Assembly: GCA_000934665.2 (NCBI GenBank) | Contig: KZ538153.1 | Coordinates: forward strand, 62,001 to 114,104 | DNA from: Catajapyx aquilonaris | Taxonomy: Eukaryota | Direction: 5' to 3' | DNA length: 52,104 nucleotides | Shown here: piece after piece, positions 12,901-26,600 of the stretch | Numbering within the stretch: position 1 is the first letter of the stretch | Layout: each line of letters opens with the position of its first letter | Position numbers and translations under genes: made by a program | Notes under the pieces: generated by a model | The model's input: only the letters and a program-made list of their open reading frames with translations | Databases searched by the model: none | Told to the model about the DNA's origin: nothing

Positions 12901-14266
12901 AATGGACAACCACTAAGGACATCAAGTTCTGATACCAGTTTCAGGTGGGTTTTTCATTCGACCTGTCTCTCTCATGTCGCGCTGTCCTACGTACCTTAAT
13001 CATATCTGAATTGTCATCACCTTTATGAAATTATACACCAAGACGTGCGTGGGTGCAAAAGTCCAAGCCTGATATAAAATTAGTAGTTTTAATATGGAAC
13101 ATGTTCAATTACCCAAGGCTGCCACAAGCAATTTTTTTTTAATTAGAAAAATTAATCACTTGAGTTCAAAATATGTATAAAACAACCCAAACAAGATGAG
13201 CTTCCACCAAAAACATCACATAAATGTACCTGAAAAAAAATCATGTATGTATATGAACAGATACTTGCTACTGATCCCGGCTAACTCTAATGGTAAAGGT
13301 CCAACTTCCTCAACAAAGAGTTCAAAAAATTAAAATGAATTACTGGCATAAAGTTCCGGCACATCTGAAAATGTCAGAAAAAGTCACGAGCTGGCCAGAA
13401 GTTTTCAAGTTTGAGGAATCTCAGAAAAACTTCCGGGAAAACTTGGTCAATATCAGATTAAAGCTCAGACTTTTTAAAAGTCTGCAGCTGGCTTGACATA
13501 TTTTAAAGACTTGTAAATTCCTCGGATATCTGATGGTTGGCTAAATGTACAGTCAAAAAGTGCGTAAACAAGATATTTGTTAAAAGAAACTGCAAGTTTT
13601 CGCCCCGCTCTAATATTTGCGAATTTTAAAATGGCTCTTCATGCGAATTCCACGTAAAATTCAGTTATCACATTCTTTAAAAACTATTTTCCTCCTTACA
13701 AACCTTCCATTAAATCCAGAGCGACCCCTGTTTAAATTTGCAACCCAAAGTGCCGGTCATTAAACTCATTAAATCAGTGCAGCGTTGCAGCTCTACTTTG
13801 CATAACATTATGCACCAGATGCTAGAATAAATAACGTGTAATGCTGAACAGGTGCTCTTTTACCTTGAGAGTTGCTATGACAACATCCCTTGCTTGAAGC
13901 TCCCCTTCGAGGCAGCTCAGCAGCTTCAGAAGGTCAGTTTTGCTCAACTCCATTTTCGGGTTGTGCTGGATGATACGACATAATAAATATGTTATTTCCT
14001 TTTTCACATGGTAAATGAACAACTTCAATAGCAAATTGAACGTGTTCACAATGCAAGCTACGAAAAAATACTTGCTTAAATGCAGACGCATGCATCTGGA
14101 TGATGAGACCTACCTTTAAAGTATTACTGAGCAGGCTAATATCCCCTTTGTCCATGAGATCAAAGGTGCAGGTTTTCACTTGCGCCTGATGCTGCGGTGA
14201 AGATTTTGACAGCGCGGATATAATTCCGGCTGCTGATCCGGCACCAGTCCCACTAGTGGTTGCCAT
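6995..14266 (-). CDS. CTTNBP2NL: CTTNBP2 N-terminal-like protein (cortactin-binding protein 2 family; Drosophila Nausicaa-like). Exons 14266-14114, 13965-13864, 12609-12262, 11651-11472, 11368-11208, 11080-10845, 10700-10620, 10353-10175, 10113-8763, 7194-6995
   Basis: Family motifs LSKTDLLKLLSCLEGELQARDVVIATLK, YGTLSLSDPYAALQRD and HEHDTAQGDDITYGLEKDRTRLKQ; coiled coil; Pro-rich PPPVPPNKP SH3-ligand motif. All junctions are GT-AG with compatible phases. Confidence 0.88.
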
Positions 14267-15074
14267 GGTGCCCCAGCGACGCGCACCTCACTCGGCAGCA
14301 GCCATTTAATTATTCTGATGAGGCTTGGTACACTAATACTGACCTGCAAATATAAATGCACAGTTCATGATTACTTTCGCACTGCTTGGCAAGCCCCAGG
14401 CTGAAGCCAAATTCTTGAAAAAGTGTCTATCTTATCAACAAGAGTCATAGTTCAAATATTGGAAAACAACAACACACTTCCTTATTTGTCAGACACTTTT
14501 GCATAACAATTCAGATGATGTCATAAAAACATTGCACACAAACATCCCTGACACTACTAATCATATGTGCCACAACTCTGTACACTTATGTCATCCATTA
14601 TGATTGTACAGTCGGCACGGAAAAGGACACATTGAGGATTCTGGAACCGTCAATGGGTCCTTACCTTTTCCATGCCGACTGTACCTAAATCGCAGCATAG
14701 TTTTATTTGTGGTAAATACATTTCTGGACTACACACTCCTGCGATGATCTCATATCAACTTCTTCACTTGCAGCACGTTCTAGTCGAAGCGTTCATTTCA
14801 GTAATATTTAGTGCTAAGCTACTTAATAATAATCCGATATTTTTACGTGCTTCCAAATGTATTACCTGCTAATATTACATTGGCAGAAAGCATTTTGCCA
14901 GCCCCGAATTGAGAGGATTGAAAGAACCACTGACACCCTGAGGTCAAAAAATTGAACAAATATTTCACATGCTGGATCCTTCTTCACCAATTATTACAAA
15001 TAATGTCTATTCAACCTAATTCAAACACAACTTTGTGATAAGACCTTAAATGTAAGTACGATGATAATAATCAG

Positions 15075-15214
15075 GAGGTGGATTCATCAAATGTTGCAAG
15101 TCAAATTTTCGTCGTAACCAGCCGTTAACTTGCCGCTTACGATTACCTTGATTTACGATTAACTTGACCGCTTACGACGAAAATTAGACTTGTGACATTT
15201 GATGAATCCACCCC
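15075..15214. mobile_element. MITE copy 1 (140 bp) with long TIRs and CAG target-site duplication; PIF/Harbinger-like
   Basis: Left GAGGTGGATTCATCAAATGTTGCAAGTCAAATTTTCGTCGTAA is mirrored by right TTACGACGAAAATTAGACTTGTGACATTTGATGAATCCACCCC; CAG at 15072-15074 and 15215-15217. Confidence 0.8.
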
Positions 15215-15503
15215 CAGGCAAGTAAAACAATAATTGTCGACAAAACCAGGCAATTTCATTCAAACCTACTGTCGACTAGTCGCAAATAACGCATTATTTT
15301 CTGCAATTCGGTTGATATACTTTTTCACAAGCAAGTTCGATCATTGTTCCTCTCACGGAGGTGATGCAGACGCAACAATTCCTTCTCTGCCCTTACAAAA
15401 ATTTACCAAGAAAATTTGACAACCTTGCTTTAAAAATACTTGGAAAATATACCATGAAATTTCCACTCTCGAGTTATCAATAGAAAATTTATCTAAAAAT
15501 CAG

Positions 15504-15615
15504 GGGGTGGATTCATCAAATATTGTTACATGAAATTTTAGTAATAACTAGTAGTAATGATTAACAATGGTTACGACAGGAAAATTTGTCTTACGACATT
15601 TGATGAATCCATCCC
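15504..15615. mobile_element. MITE copy 2 (112 bp), same TIR family, CAG target-site duplication
   Basis: GGGGTGGATTCATCAAAT ... ATTTGATGAATCCATCCC; CAG at 15501-15503 and 15616-15618. Confidence 0.78.
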
Positions 15616-15681
15616 CAGAACCTGTCAAAACATGATACCAAAACAAGCTTAAAAATACAGAACCACACGAAGTAGCACAGT

Positions 15682-15730
15682 GACATCCTATGGATATCGA
15701 AATATCCAGTGGCGATATCCATAGGATGTC
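15682..15730. repeat. Perfect 18-bp inverted repeat with 13-nt spacer
   Basis: GACATCCTATGGATATCG (15682-15699) / CGATATCCATAGGATGTC (15713-15730). Confidence 0.85.
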
Positions 15731-16789
15731 TTCAGGGCGTTCCGTGCTAACATTATGCGCATAAAACCGAAGTTTGTAACATATAAATATACTTTGGCAG
15801 CCTGCCCCAGCCTCACAATCAAGCCGTTTACTACTTGTTTACTGACAATTCCGCATCAGCCAAAGTGTCTGGAACATGTACACAGCAAAACATACTGGAT
15901 GAATTCACAGGAGCATGTCATGTTCTGGTCTAATCGCAGTTTCACCCCGTTAATTAATTCCCACTAATTGATCAGTCATGTTCTAACACAGAACACCCGG
16001 TGGCTGTCACTGCACCAGTATGTTCCGCTGCATCTTCTTCCTCCGCTGCACTTCCACTTTCTGATCCTGGTTGGGGGTGACAGGTGCACCACTGGTGATG
16101 GTGACATATCCAGTGACATATTATCCTAGGCCCAGCTCAACCTCCCCCTCCCCTACCCCCATCCAAATATAACACCCTCCCTGCCCACCTCCCCCTCTCC
16201 ACAAAAACCATTCCCCGTCCGTCACCCACCGACGAGAGTGTTCCCGAGGGCGTTCCATGGCTGCCCCTGGGCCTTGCCCCTGGTACAGCCCCAGAAGCTG
16301 CTGTAGCTGCCTGTCCTTCTTCTTCTGAAGGGGGGGGGGGACCTATAGTTCTTCAGGGAGAGGCGACCGATGCGCCTCCTGCCGATGCCCCCGCATCACA
16401 TTCGAGTTCTCTCTTCTCATTCACCCCCTCCTCCCTTTTGGTGGGGGAGAGGGGAAGGGAGGAGGGGGAAGAAAAAAAAAAAGGGGGGGGGGGGGGAAAT
16501 GTGGCAACACTGGTCGAGCGGGGTTGCCATGTCGGATCGAACATGCGCGGGAAGAACTTTTTTCTTTATTTTTTTTGGAACGAAATTATTATCGGCCGGA
16601 ATGGGGGGGGACTAATTGCCGACATTTAATCAATTATACGTCCTCATTGAATATTTTTGAATGGATTGCTGAGGGAGATGTCTCACATTGTGAATTACGA
16701 GAAATATTGTCAGACATTATAATAGCTATATTATAATTATACCGTACCATATATTTTCGATAACATTTCGTGTAAAATAATATATTTAT

Positions 16790-17850
16790 TACATTCGTTT
16801 AAATTATTTAAACAAGTAGAGTAAATCACAAGGAAAATAATTTAAACAAAATAAAACAAATCACAAATAGAACAATAATTTAAACAAATAGAATAATATT
16901 CACAAATAAAATTAACAAAATAATAGAATAATTCGCAAATTAAATTTACAGATAGAGTAATTCACAAATAAAATTAACAAATAGATTAATTCACAAATAC
17001 ATTAACAAATGTATTAATTCACAAATTAATTCACAAATTTATTAATTCACAAATTAATTCACAAATTTATTAATTCACAAATTAATTCACAAAAAATTAA
17101 CAAATAAAATAAATCACTTATTATTTATTAAATACCGGTATTAAATATTATTATTAATAAATATACCGGTACCGTAAGCAAAATGCAATGTTATATCAAT
17201 TTTATGATATGTTTAAGTAAAACATAATGCATTAAATAAAACACACTACAAAAATACAATAAATAAAATGCGTAATTTTATTTATATAAATAAAATTATA
17301 TGTATCATTTCTTGCATTTTTGTTACCGTATATCATACTTTTTATTACATCTTGTACTTTATTTATTGTTTTATTTATTGCATTTTGTTTTACTTAAACA
17401 TATCATAAAATGGATAGAACATATTGCATTTTACTTATATTTATTTATAATATTTTACATTTTGTGATTTATTCTATTTGTTTAAATTGCGATTTTTTAT
17501 TGCGCATTTTGATATGCAGTATTTATATTTTGTATTTTATTGGTGGTGTTTTATTCATTTTGTTGCATTTATCTTATACTTAGATTTCATGCATAATTTT
17601 ATATAATTTATTTCATTTTGTTTATATTTAGTCATGCATAATTTTATATAATTTATTTCATTTTATTTATATTCATTCATAATAATATTTAATATTGTAT
17701 TGGTGATTTATTATATTCGTTTAAGTTATTTTATTTGTTATATTTATATTTTGTATTTATGTGTGCAGGTGTTTCATTCATTTTTATTCCGTTTATCTTA
17801 CCAGTATGTATAATTTGATAAGCTTATAATTTATTACATTTTATTGATAT
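16790..17850. repeat. Very AT-rich foldback-like repeat block with internal tandem repeats
   Basis: A-rich left half and T-rich right half; tandem ATTAATTCACAAA units at ~17030-17095; 17180-17243 is an imperfect reverse complement of 17367-17432. Confidence 0.7.
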
Positions 17851-17925
17851 TTATTCCCATGAATGTTTACACCGGTTTTTACACTACAGTTGCTCTTAAT
17901 GCTTGGATTCTCTTATTCCCATCCT

Positions 17926-18011
17926 GTTTCGGTTTATCGTGATTAAAATGCGACCGATTGAATTAAATATTTAATTCAATTGCTCGCATTTTAATTACGA
18001 TAAACCGAAAC
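17926..18011. repeat. 86-bp imperfect palindrome (hairpin / degenerate MITE)
   Basis: GTTTCGGTTTATCGTGATTAAAATGCGACCGATTGAATTAAAT | ATTTAATTCAATTGCTCGCATTTTAATTACGATAAACCGAAAC, with few mismatches and no spacer. Confidence 0.85.
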
Positions 18012-20227
18012 TAGCTGCACAAATAACATAACATGTTATTTAGTTGGGCAACTAGTAAAAATTCCCGTTGAATAATTATGTTTAAAATAATGTTGTAATT
18101 ACGAGGCAAATTACATAATTTTCAGGCCAGTATCTAATAGAGTCGTAATGAGACAATACGAAGCGAGTCAGCGTATCTGGCACAAGTACAAGTGTCGCAA
18201 ACAGCACTAATTACATCGTCTCAGGAACTAGTAAGTAAATGCGATTTTTTTTACTGATTTATCGAGACGTTTTACCGATTAAAATTATTACAGATTCTTA
18301 ACAATTTTATGCACGTGCACTACAGTTGCAAAATTAAGTAATTGAGCCAGTATTACGCAGTTGTTTGTGTACAGAGGTACTTTTAGCCTGGCACCAGTTT
18401 GGCAATCACTGCGGTCTATAGTTACACAGTTTGCGCTAATTTATAGTCACTATATTTCAAAATAATTATTACTCTAACTTTTTTTCATTACGAGCTTGAC
18501 CACATTGATGTTTAATATATAAAAATTCAGAGTGGCTGTTGAATTATTTACCTTGAAACATTGAGTGGTAAATAACACTAAGCAAGTACTCACCGAAATT
18601 GCAATCCTGCTCGCGTTAGCAAGTCGGTCCAAATTAGCAATTTAAAGCATGACTAACTTTTAGCGATACGGTACACACATTTCATAGCTATTTTAGTCGT
18701 GTTCTCTCGTCAGCTCGGTTACACTTCCTGCCGATTTGGAGTACGCCAAACACATTGAGCAGTTTGTACACACAAAAATATTTTGCGAATTCCTTTGAAG
18801 CAATAAAGGGGGGCAAGGTTAATGAATTCCAACTTGATTTGAATGTAGGATGACGTCATTAGATCTATAGGGATAGACTCGAAATTGCGAATCTGCCAAC
18901 AAAACAAAAGTTCCGTTCGCCAGATAAAAATCAGTCGTCTGGAAGTAAAATGGGTTCTGCATGGTGCATTTCACCAGCATCACACAGTACAGTGCGATTC
19001 GAGTAAATGATGCGCTATACTGGGCCAGCAACCTCTAAGGAGTTGCAAAAAAAATTGTGCAAAAAAAAGTGTTTGCCAGCAAGCGGCTGTTGGGATGACT
19101 CAGTTTCCTTGACCGTGATCTGGAATAGTGAGCACACGTGATGAGCTACGGTTCATGGAATTTGTATGTGTTCATTACAGGGTGTGTACATCTGCAGTCT
19201 CCTGAGTAATTATTATTGGAGGCTGAAATTCATTGGGTGTAAAACAATACGCTGAATAATGTGTGCAAAAAAAACAGACTTTATCAATGTCAGTTTAATA
19301 TTTAAAAACTAGCGGAAAGTGTCATATACATTGGGCACACAATAATGTATTTAAAAATGCAGTTTCTCCTACAAATTAATCGAAATTAATATTTTAATGT
19401 ACACACCATCTGTATTATTTGCGAGTTGCTAAACTGTTGGGAATAATTCAAAACAGTCGTGTAAGAAATAAAATTCGGTTTATATAGAACAGGCTGCGTT
19501 TTATTTGCTTCAGATGGTACAGAGGAATGCGCTTCTCGGTACTTAAAAAAATATGAAAAATGTACATAGTTGCGGTCATAATAAATGCGACAAAATTGTC
19601 TATCGTCAGTTTCAGATAAATGCACAATATTACGAATCAGTACTCTCGTACTTTGCCATTCAATTTGGAGCCAACATGCCTCGTAATCTGTTAAAGCAGA
19701 AAAAAATTTACAGGCACTAATTTATAAAACATTTTGCAAAATATTAATAGTCCAAATTGTTGAATGGACAAAACTTATTTTAAAATTGAGTCACTGCTAA
19801 TGTTTCAAGATTGATTTCATTTAGGTCAGGGATTGAACCTGATGTGATGAAGTAATTTTTTGCTGATAAAATAAGGTCATATTATTACCTCCTCCTCCTC
19901 ATTATCCGCTGGCAGCCCCAAAATTTGGGAAAAAGCCATGATGTATATCAATGAATGAATGAATATTAGTTCCAAATTTTTTGGAGAAACTCCGCATTAT
20001 GCCAGTAATTTACCATTGCACGATTTTTGCATCCAATTCTGCAACTTCAAGCATTGCACCAATTTACTAGTAGTAAAAACAAGGACAAAGCCTCAACTGC
20101 ACATAATCAGCATCTCTTGAACTTGCGACCTTTTTGTAATCAGCATATAATTACAAGGAAGTGGAGACCCGCTCCGTCGCGCTTTCTTTTAACAATTTTT
20201 TTTCTCTCTAAATTACAAATTAGCATA

Positions 20228-23200
20228 TCATGCGAGGCCATTCATTTGCATCCCTAGGTACTCCTTCGCTTCCAGCTCCTGAGATTCAAAATTAGGTTCA
20301 ATCGCCAACTTGCACCTCTGTGGAAGATGAAAAAATGTGTGAGCCGCCTGCTAAAAAAAATGTATCCATGAAATCTCATCATTACCTCCTTGAATGTGCC
20401 TGGAGTTTTAATAATCTTCCATAGGAAGAATCCGGGGATTGTGACCATCGAGACGAGTGCGAGGATCGAACCCAGTCCTTGAGCCCATGCAGGGTAAAGG
20501 TACACCTTGTTGTACGTCAGAGGTTCAAATGCCAATATGGAGAAGATCAGAATGCCCTGAAATATACATTAGGAAGTCAATAAAGTGTTCATGAAGCACA
20601 TTATTATAGGCAACAGCAATGCGATAAGAAACTCAATGCCAACTTTTTCCAAGAGTATTAAAATTTTAATAACATAAACGCAACATACTTGTTTTTGTCC
20701 ATAATATTAATATTGACATATACAGCAAGATAATAATTGTTTCCTCGACACTAGTTGATTATATCCAGTTCACTGCATCACTTTAGAGTTTTTAAAAATA
20801 GCACCGCCTTCATTTCATATAACACAAAGTATCGTTATGGGAATAGAAAAATGAGCAAAGTTGCCCAGGCATAATTTGCTTGCCTGACTGGCAGTAATTC
20901 ATATTGACCTCGTTTTTCTAACGAGTTTTAATTCAATGCAGGGTTGCACACGGTTTCATTAATTTTTCATATGGAAAACGCTGCTGAAAGTTGCTACAGT
21001 GTGAGTACATCATCAGGTAGTTACGGCAACTTCTGTATACCACAGGAAGATTGTTCAAAATCATACCTATTACATTGCACTCGAATGAGCCAGCCAGTGT
21101 TGATTATTATTGAAAAGCTAATAATGAGAGTATAGTTCAGCTTATCTCGCATAGTTTGCAAGCGGAATGCAGCAAAGCATCCGAGGTCGAATGATATTCC
21201 GATATTCTGTAGCCTACATGCAGTAAGTTTCAAAGGTTGGGAGTAACTATTCCATTACACATCAGTAATGAACAAAAAAGTTAACCACATTATATTTTCG
21301 TTAGTTAAAATACGACCTACATCCAATGCAAAAAAACGTGAAATTTTAATGCAAATAAATTGAAAGAATTGCAAGACCCGCAGCAGTCTACAATATTCGA
21401 CAAAGTAATAAATTAACATTAGCAATTAAAACATGGATTTAAGCATGTTGATTGCACTGGCACATTGTAAATAACAGAGGAAAATAATGTGCAACAATAC
21501 TGCATTATCATAATAATTATGTCACGTTATGTCACGTTATGTCACAACTTCAGACTGCTACCAGAAAAAAAAAAATGTTACGCCAAAGTATGAATTGACC
21601 ATCACGCGTAAATTTATCTGAAATTATGTAAAAGTGACATTTACGAAACCGCGATTTGAAAATGCATAAATATATTAGAATTGGATTTTTAAAATGCAAC
21701 ATGTACTGTGTATTTTTATTGTAGTGTACGTAGCACTGTCGTACAATTAATTGTGGTGTTGAAGTCTTCTTGTCTATTTTGTAAATGTATGTAAATGTAC
21801 TCACCATGGTAATAATTGGTGTAAGATACTTCCAGCAGATTTTCAGCCACGGTCCAACCCTGTAGCCAATCATAGCCTCGATATCGTCGTAGAACCGTTC
21901 AGCTCCGTACACCCAAGCGATGACCACACTCTCGAAGAAGCAGAACCACAGAAGAACCATACCACTTGAAGCATAGTAGTCAAACAGTTGGAAAACGTAG
22001 ATGCCACCCTGCAACAATAAGAGCAAATAAATAGGAGTCCTATTAGTGGACAATAAATAATGGGGATGACCTACGTTAGTAATCATAGTGAGTCCAATGA
22101 GGTAGCTGATCCCTGCCACGATTGCAATGAACAGCTCTCGTTTCTTCCCAACCCTGAGGACATCTGGGTACATGTCAACAATGGCAGTGACAAACCCTTC
22201 GACCCCGACGAACTGCGAGTCCAGCCCAAGGATGAGGATCATGAAGAAGAAGAGTCCGGACCAAAAAGGAGCCAAAGCCATCTGTGTCACCGCCTTAGGA
22301 TACGCAATGAAGGCCAGACCAGGCCCAGATTCAGCCACAGTCTCAATGGGCAGATCTTGCTCATGAGCCATGAATCCAAGCACCGAGAAGATTGCGAACC
22401 CTGCGTACAGACTGGTTGCACTGTTGCAGCAGCAGACGAAGATGCAATCCTTCACGAAGTTGTTGTGGAACTTGTTGTACGAACCCAGGGCTGTCATACA
22501 CCCAAGTGCGATGGCGTATGAGAAGAAGATTTGTGTCCCTGCGTCGATCCACACCTGACTGTGAAGAAGCTTGCTGAAGTCAGGGTTCAGATAGTAGATA
22601 ATCCCTGTGACGGCTCCTGGCAGGGTCACACCTCGGACCAAGAGGACAGTCAACATCACGTATGGAAATGTAGCTGTAAAGAATGTTCAAATTTGCATTC
22701 ACCGAAATAGATGACAAACCTAACCATTCTTACCTGTAAAGTACACCACTTTTCCTGACGACTTGATTCCTTTCCAGACGCAGAAGTAGACCAGGATCCA
22801 AGCCAAAAGAAGAGTCAAAGCCAACTCCCATCTGACTGTCCCAATTTCGTCAACCCCTTTGGACAATCCGAGAACCCGGTTTCTGAAAGACCGTGATTTA
22901 ACATTCGGTAATTTGCTGTACTTTAATAATAAGTGTAGAACTTACTCCCAGTATTCGACAACAGCATCCTTTGTGACTGTCCCGTTTGTGTCCGGCCTGA
23001 GAGTTGTCGACATTTGTACACCATCGTGTTTGAACCCAAAGCAGTTCTCGGTGTTCCAGTAGTTGTCACAAGATGCCCATGGCAACTCGGAGGTGAATGA
23101 GGCGAAGAAATAGTGCAAGGTCCATGCCAAGATGACAATGTAGTAGACGTTGAGGAAAAAGCAGATGATTGTGGTTCCAAGTCCTATTCCTGTGCAATAA

Positions 23201-23667
23201 AAGTTCAAGATATGAAGCCCCCCCCAAATATCTCCCTGAATATGAAATAAAAAAAATAGTGCAGATAACACAGATTATTATTATACAAAAAAATTGACAA
23301 ACCTTTAAATAGTGGGCATATGTTCCATGCAGAAATTCCACCTTGGCTCATAAACTGTCCTAGACCTACTTCTAGAAAGAACACCGGAACTCCTCCGGCT
23401 ATCAAGCAGATAAAATATGGCACCAGAAAAGCACCTACGTAAAAAAAATATTATTAATATTTTGATATTCAGCAAATCAGAGAGAATCTACTCACCACCC
23501 CCGTTCTTGTAACATAAGTAGGGAAATCTCCACACATTTCCAAGCCCAACAGAAAAACCGATGCAGGAAAGGACGAACTCGATCTTCTTGTCCCATTTCT
23601 CTCTGGGTCTGTAGTTGGACTTGTCCGCACCTTGGACAGATGGGACGGCCTTCTCCTTAGTGGACAT
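20228..23667 (-). CDS. SLC6 Na+/Cl- dependent transporter, GABA/taurine/creatine subgroup. Exons 23667-23496, 23434-23303, 23189-22946, 22882-22734, 22673-22075, 22008-21805, 20556-20386, 20316-20228
   Basis: [102 protein letters not shown]; consistent GT-AG splice phases; stop TGA at 20230-20228. Confidence 0.95.
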
Positions 23668-26600
23668 GACAAGCCTGGAAAACAAGTCACAACATATAGA
23701 CAGAGACTTCTGAGCAGTTTAGCACGAAAGAGACGGAATGGAATGCAAACTTTCACTATTTTTTTCCTCATATTTTATGTTTTAGCACAGTCCGGTTTGG
23801 CATTGCATCATGTGTGTTTTTGCGTGCTTTTTTTCATTGTCCTTCCGGAAATCCGCGAATCTTTTCAAGTTGTGACAATACATGACCTCTGAAGTGTTCC
23901 AGAATATCGCTGCTATTAATGGCATTTTAAAAACATGTATGTAAATTGCAACTTTGGTATCTAACATGAGACCATCCAATGTTCAAAGGTCACATTTTAC
24001 ATACATGTCGTATAAAATTGCAAAACTATCGCACACAACGAAATTGAATGACCAATATTAATGCAAGGACTGAAATTGAGAGTAATAATTTTGGAGCAAA
24101 GATTAAAGTACTTATTAGGAATTTATTGGACCGACCATGGCCCAACAGCCAATTCACTCCATCATTTACAACAAAAATAATACAGAATTAAAATGTAAAA
24201 TTCAAGTACTGTCATCTTATTTTATTACCACTGACTGGCTGAACATTTTCACACTTTTTATCCAGTGGGAGTAATCAAGAAATAAAATTAATTATGTTAA
24301 TATTTGACCTCGCATCCTCACCATTTTTGTGGCTGAGATTTAGTAGGTCAAGATCGTAGATTCCACTTTCTTTTTTTAAACTGGTAACAATAGGCAGTAC
24401 ACATCTCAATAATTGCCCAATAATTAAACAAAATTTAATCTCAGGCTCGTTAGCTTTTCTTTTCTTTCTTTTGCAGTTTGCTTGAATTCACACCCACACT
24501 CCTAATCCATTAAAATCCCGGCCAGATCTAATTTCCTCGTGGGGTTTTTCCCGAAGCTGACCCCAAAATTGCTTCATCGAGGTTATCACGAAATGATAAG
24601 TAAAATAAAATATAAGATCTAGCCACTTTCATCCTCAAGTATAAAAACACACACTCTTGGATAGTAACACGAAAAAAAATCCCCTTGAAATATGTGATCG
24701 TTTTTTGAAGTTGGCGAAAAAAAAGACAAACCTTATAAGAGCAGCAAAAAGGCCCGTGTGTGGGGTCACCCACAGTAGAGTATAGTATAAGTCCACTGAC
24801 GAGTAAGTTGTGAAACACTTGCTGCCCACGCTGATCGAGTTAAACTACGAACTCTCCATCCAGCACCCTTCACTATCTTTAATTCCTCATCCGCAATGAG
24901 GGCCAGCACTCTCTCACAAAGGGCTCTCTGCTATATAGACCATCCCCAATAATGTCGCCATCGAGTGGTCATCGATAGGTCCAAAAACAGGCTGCAAAGG
25001 TCAAGAAATACACACACACACAAAAAAACAACAAGGCAGACAGCTTTGGACGCCAAATTATTATACAACCTGATAATGAGTGATTGTTGCATTATATAGA
25101 CCTGGATACAGCTATAAAGTTGGGAAGTTACTGAAACCAGAAAAGGGTACCGACCTCACTAGATTAATTAAAGTATATTTAGTGGTGTCAGTAGCCTTCT
25201 CTCGATACAGCAACTGAACATGTTTGACACAATGAAGCGACTCCGATTTTGTACATTGTGGAAAAAAATGAAATTGTGCGCCAAAATTCTCAGCAATTTA
25301 ATGCCAAACGGAGTCGCTCTGTTACAATGAGCACATTATGATGACTAACTTGATGGATGATTGTTCAATTCGGGAAGAACTAGGCCAAACACATGGGATG
25401 AATCACGTTGTACCTTGCTCTATAACAGCAAAACACAAAGTTATTCGTCGCTAGTGCTTAACCATCATTATGGCGATGTTCGGCCGAATATACTGGGCCA
25501 GAAGTTTCAAAAGAAGGGCCAAATCAGTAAAAATTTAGATAGACCCGGCCCCCCTTTTAAAACAGCCAACCCAGTAATTTCTGGCTGCCGATGTCACGTA
25601 AGTTGTCACACACTATACCAAATTATAGTGTATAGGGGTGGCTGATTGAAATGTTTCTTTTACCAAGCCAGTTTAACAGTGGTTGCGTCAGGGACCAGCC
25701 GTAACTGGAATGTATACAGATGAGAACTCGGGTTGAAGGAAGTGGGGCATTACATCAGCACACAGTGTTTATGACGATCTGTATTCTACTTGATGACGAC
25801 ACCAATCAGCAAGAATCACGGCTTGAATTGCCCTTCCTGATTCCCCCTGACATCCTCTGCCCTTCCTACAGTCCTCTATTTGTTCACTATATACGCTGAA
25901 ATTAATATTGTTGCTATGGCCAGCTGCATCTGAACACATTATTACTGCGCCATAATCTAATCTCATGTGTAAAAGGCGAAGTTTGTCGGTATGTCCCATT
26001 TCCCTTCCCCTCTACCGCCCTATCCTGCCATTCATACAATATATTAATTTTTCAATAAATTCCCGTGTGAAGAACTAGTTGGTTAATAAACTGTTGGCCA
26101 AGATGACCTGTGCTTAGCATCAAAAACATTACCCTTCTCCTTTTCCAAAAAGTAATGCAAAAATATTGATGAATGAATATTTAGTTTCTGATATAACCTT
26201 GGGCCAAACACATGTAAAAATTCTGGTGGAAGATGTTTAGGCTGACACTGAGACGAATAGCATGATTGACAATGAACATTTTGTCTTGTTCCTAGGCACT
26301 TGGTACATTATTTACGTATGTGAATATGTAGGACAAAATATGGGACAGATTGGTTCATATGGGACAAGCGTTAGGCCCACAGGAGCCTTATCGCCTCCGC
26401 ACAATATAATCATTACCAATCATCAAGGAAAAGTAAGGAACAATTTGTTAATTCCAGCCAAAAAATAATAATTGTCTCCAACAGTTGATTATATCATTTT
26501 ACTTATATTTTGCACAAGGTTACTTAATTGGCAATGAATGTGAATTTGAAAATGGAAATGAGGATTTGCTCGGACGTTTTTTTTTTCCTATTCTTATTTT

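Noticed and set aside
25690..26000. Possible retroelement remnant (ORF 25769..25999)
   Set aside because: No convincing RT or endonuclease motif; too short and degenerate.
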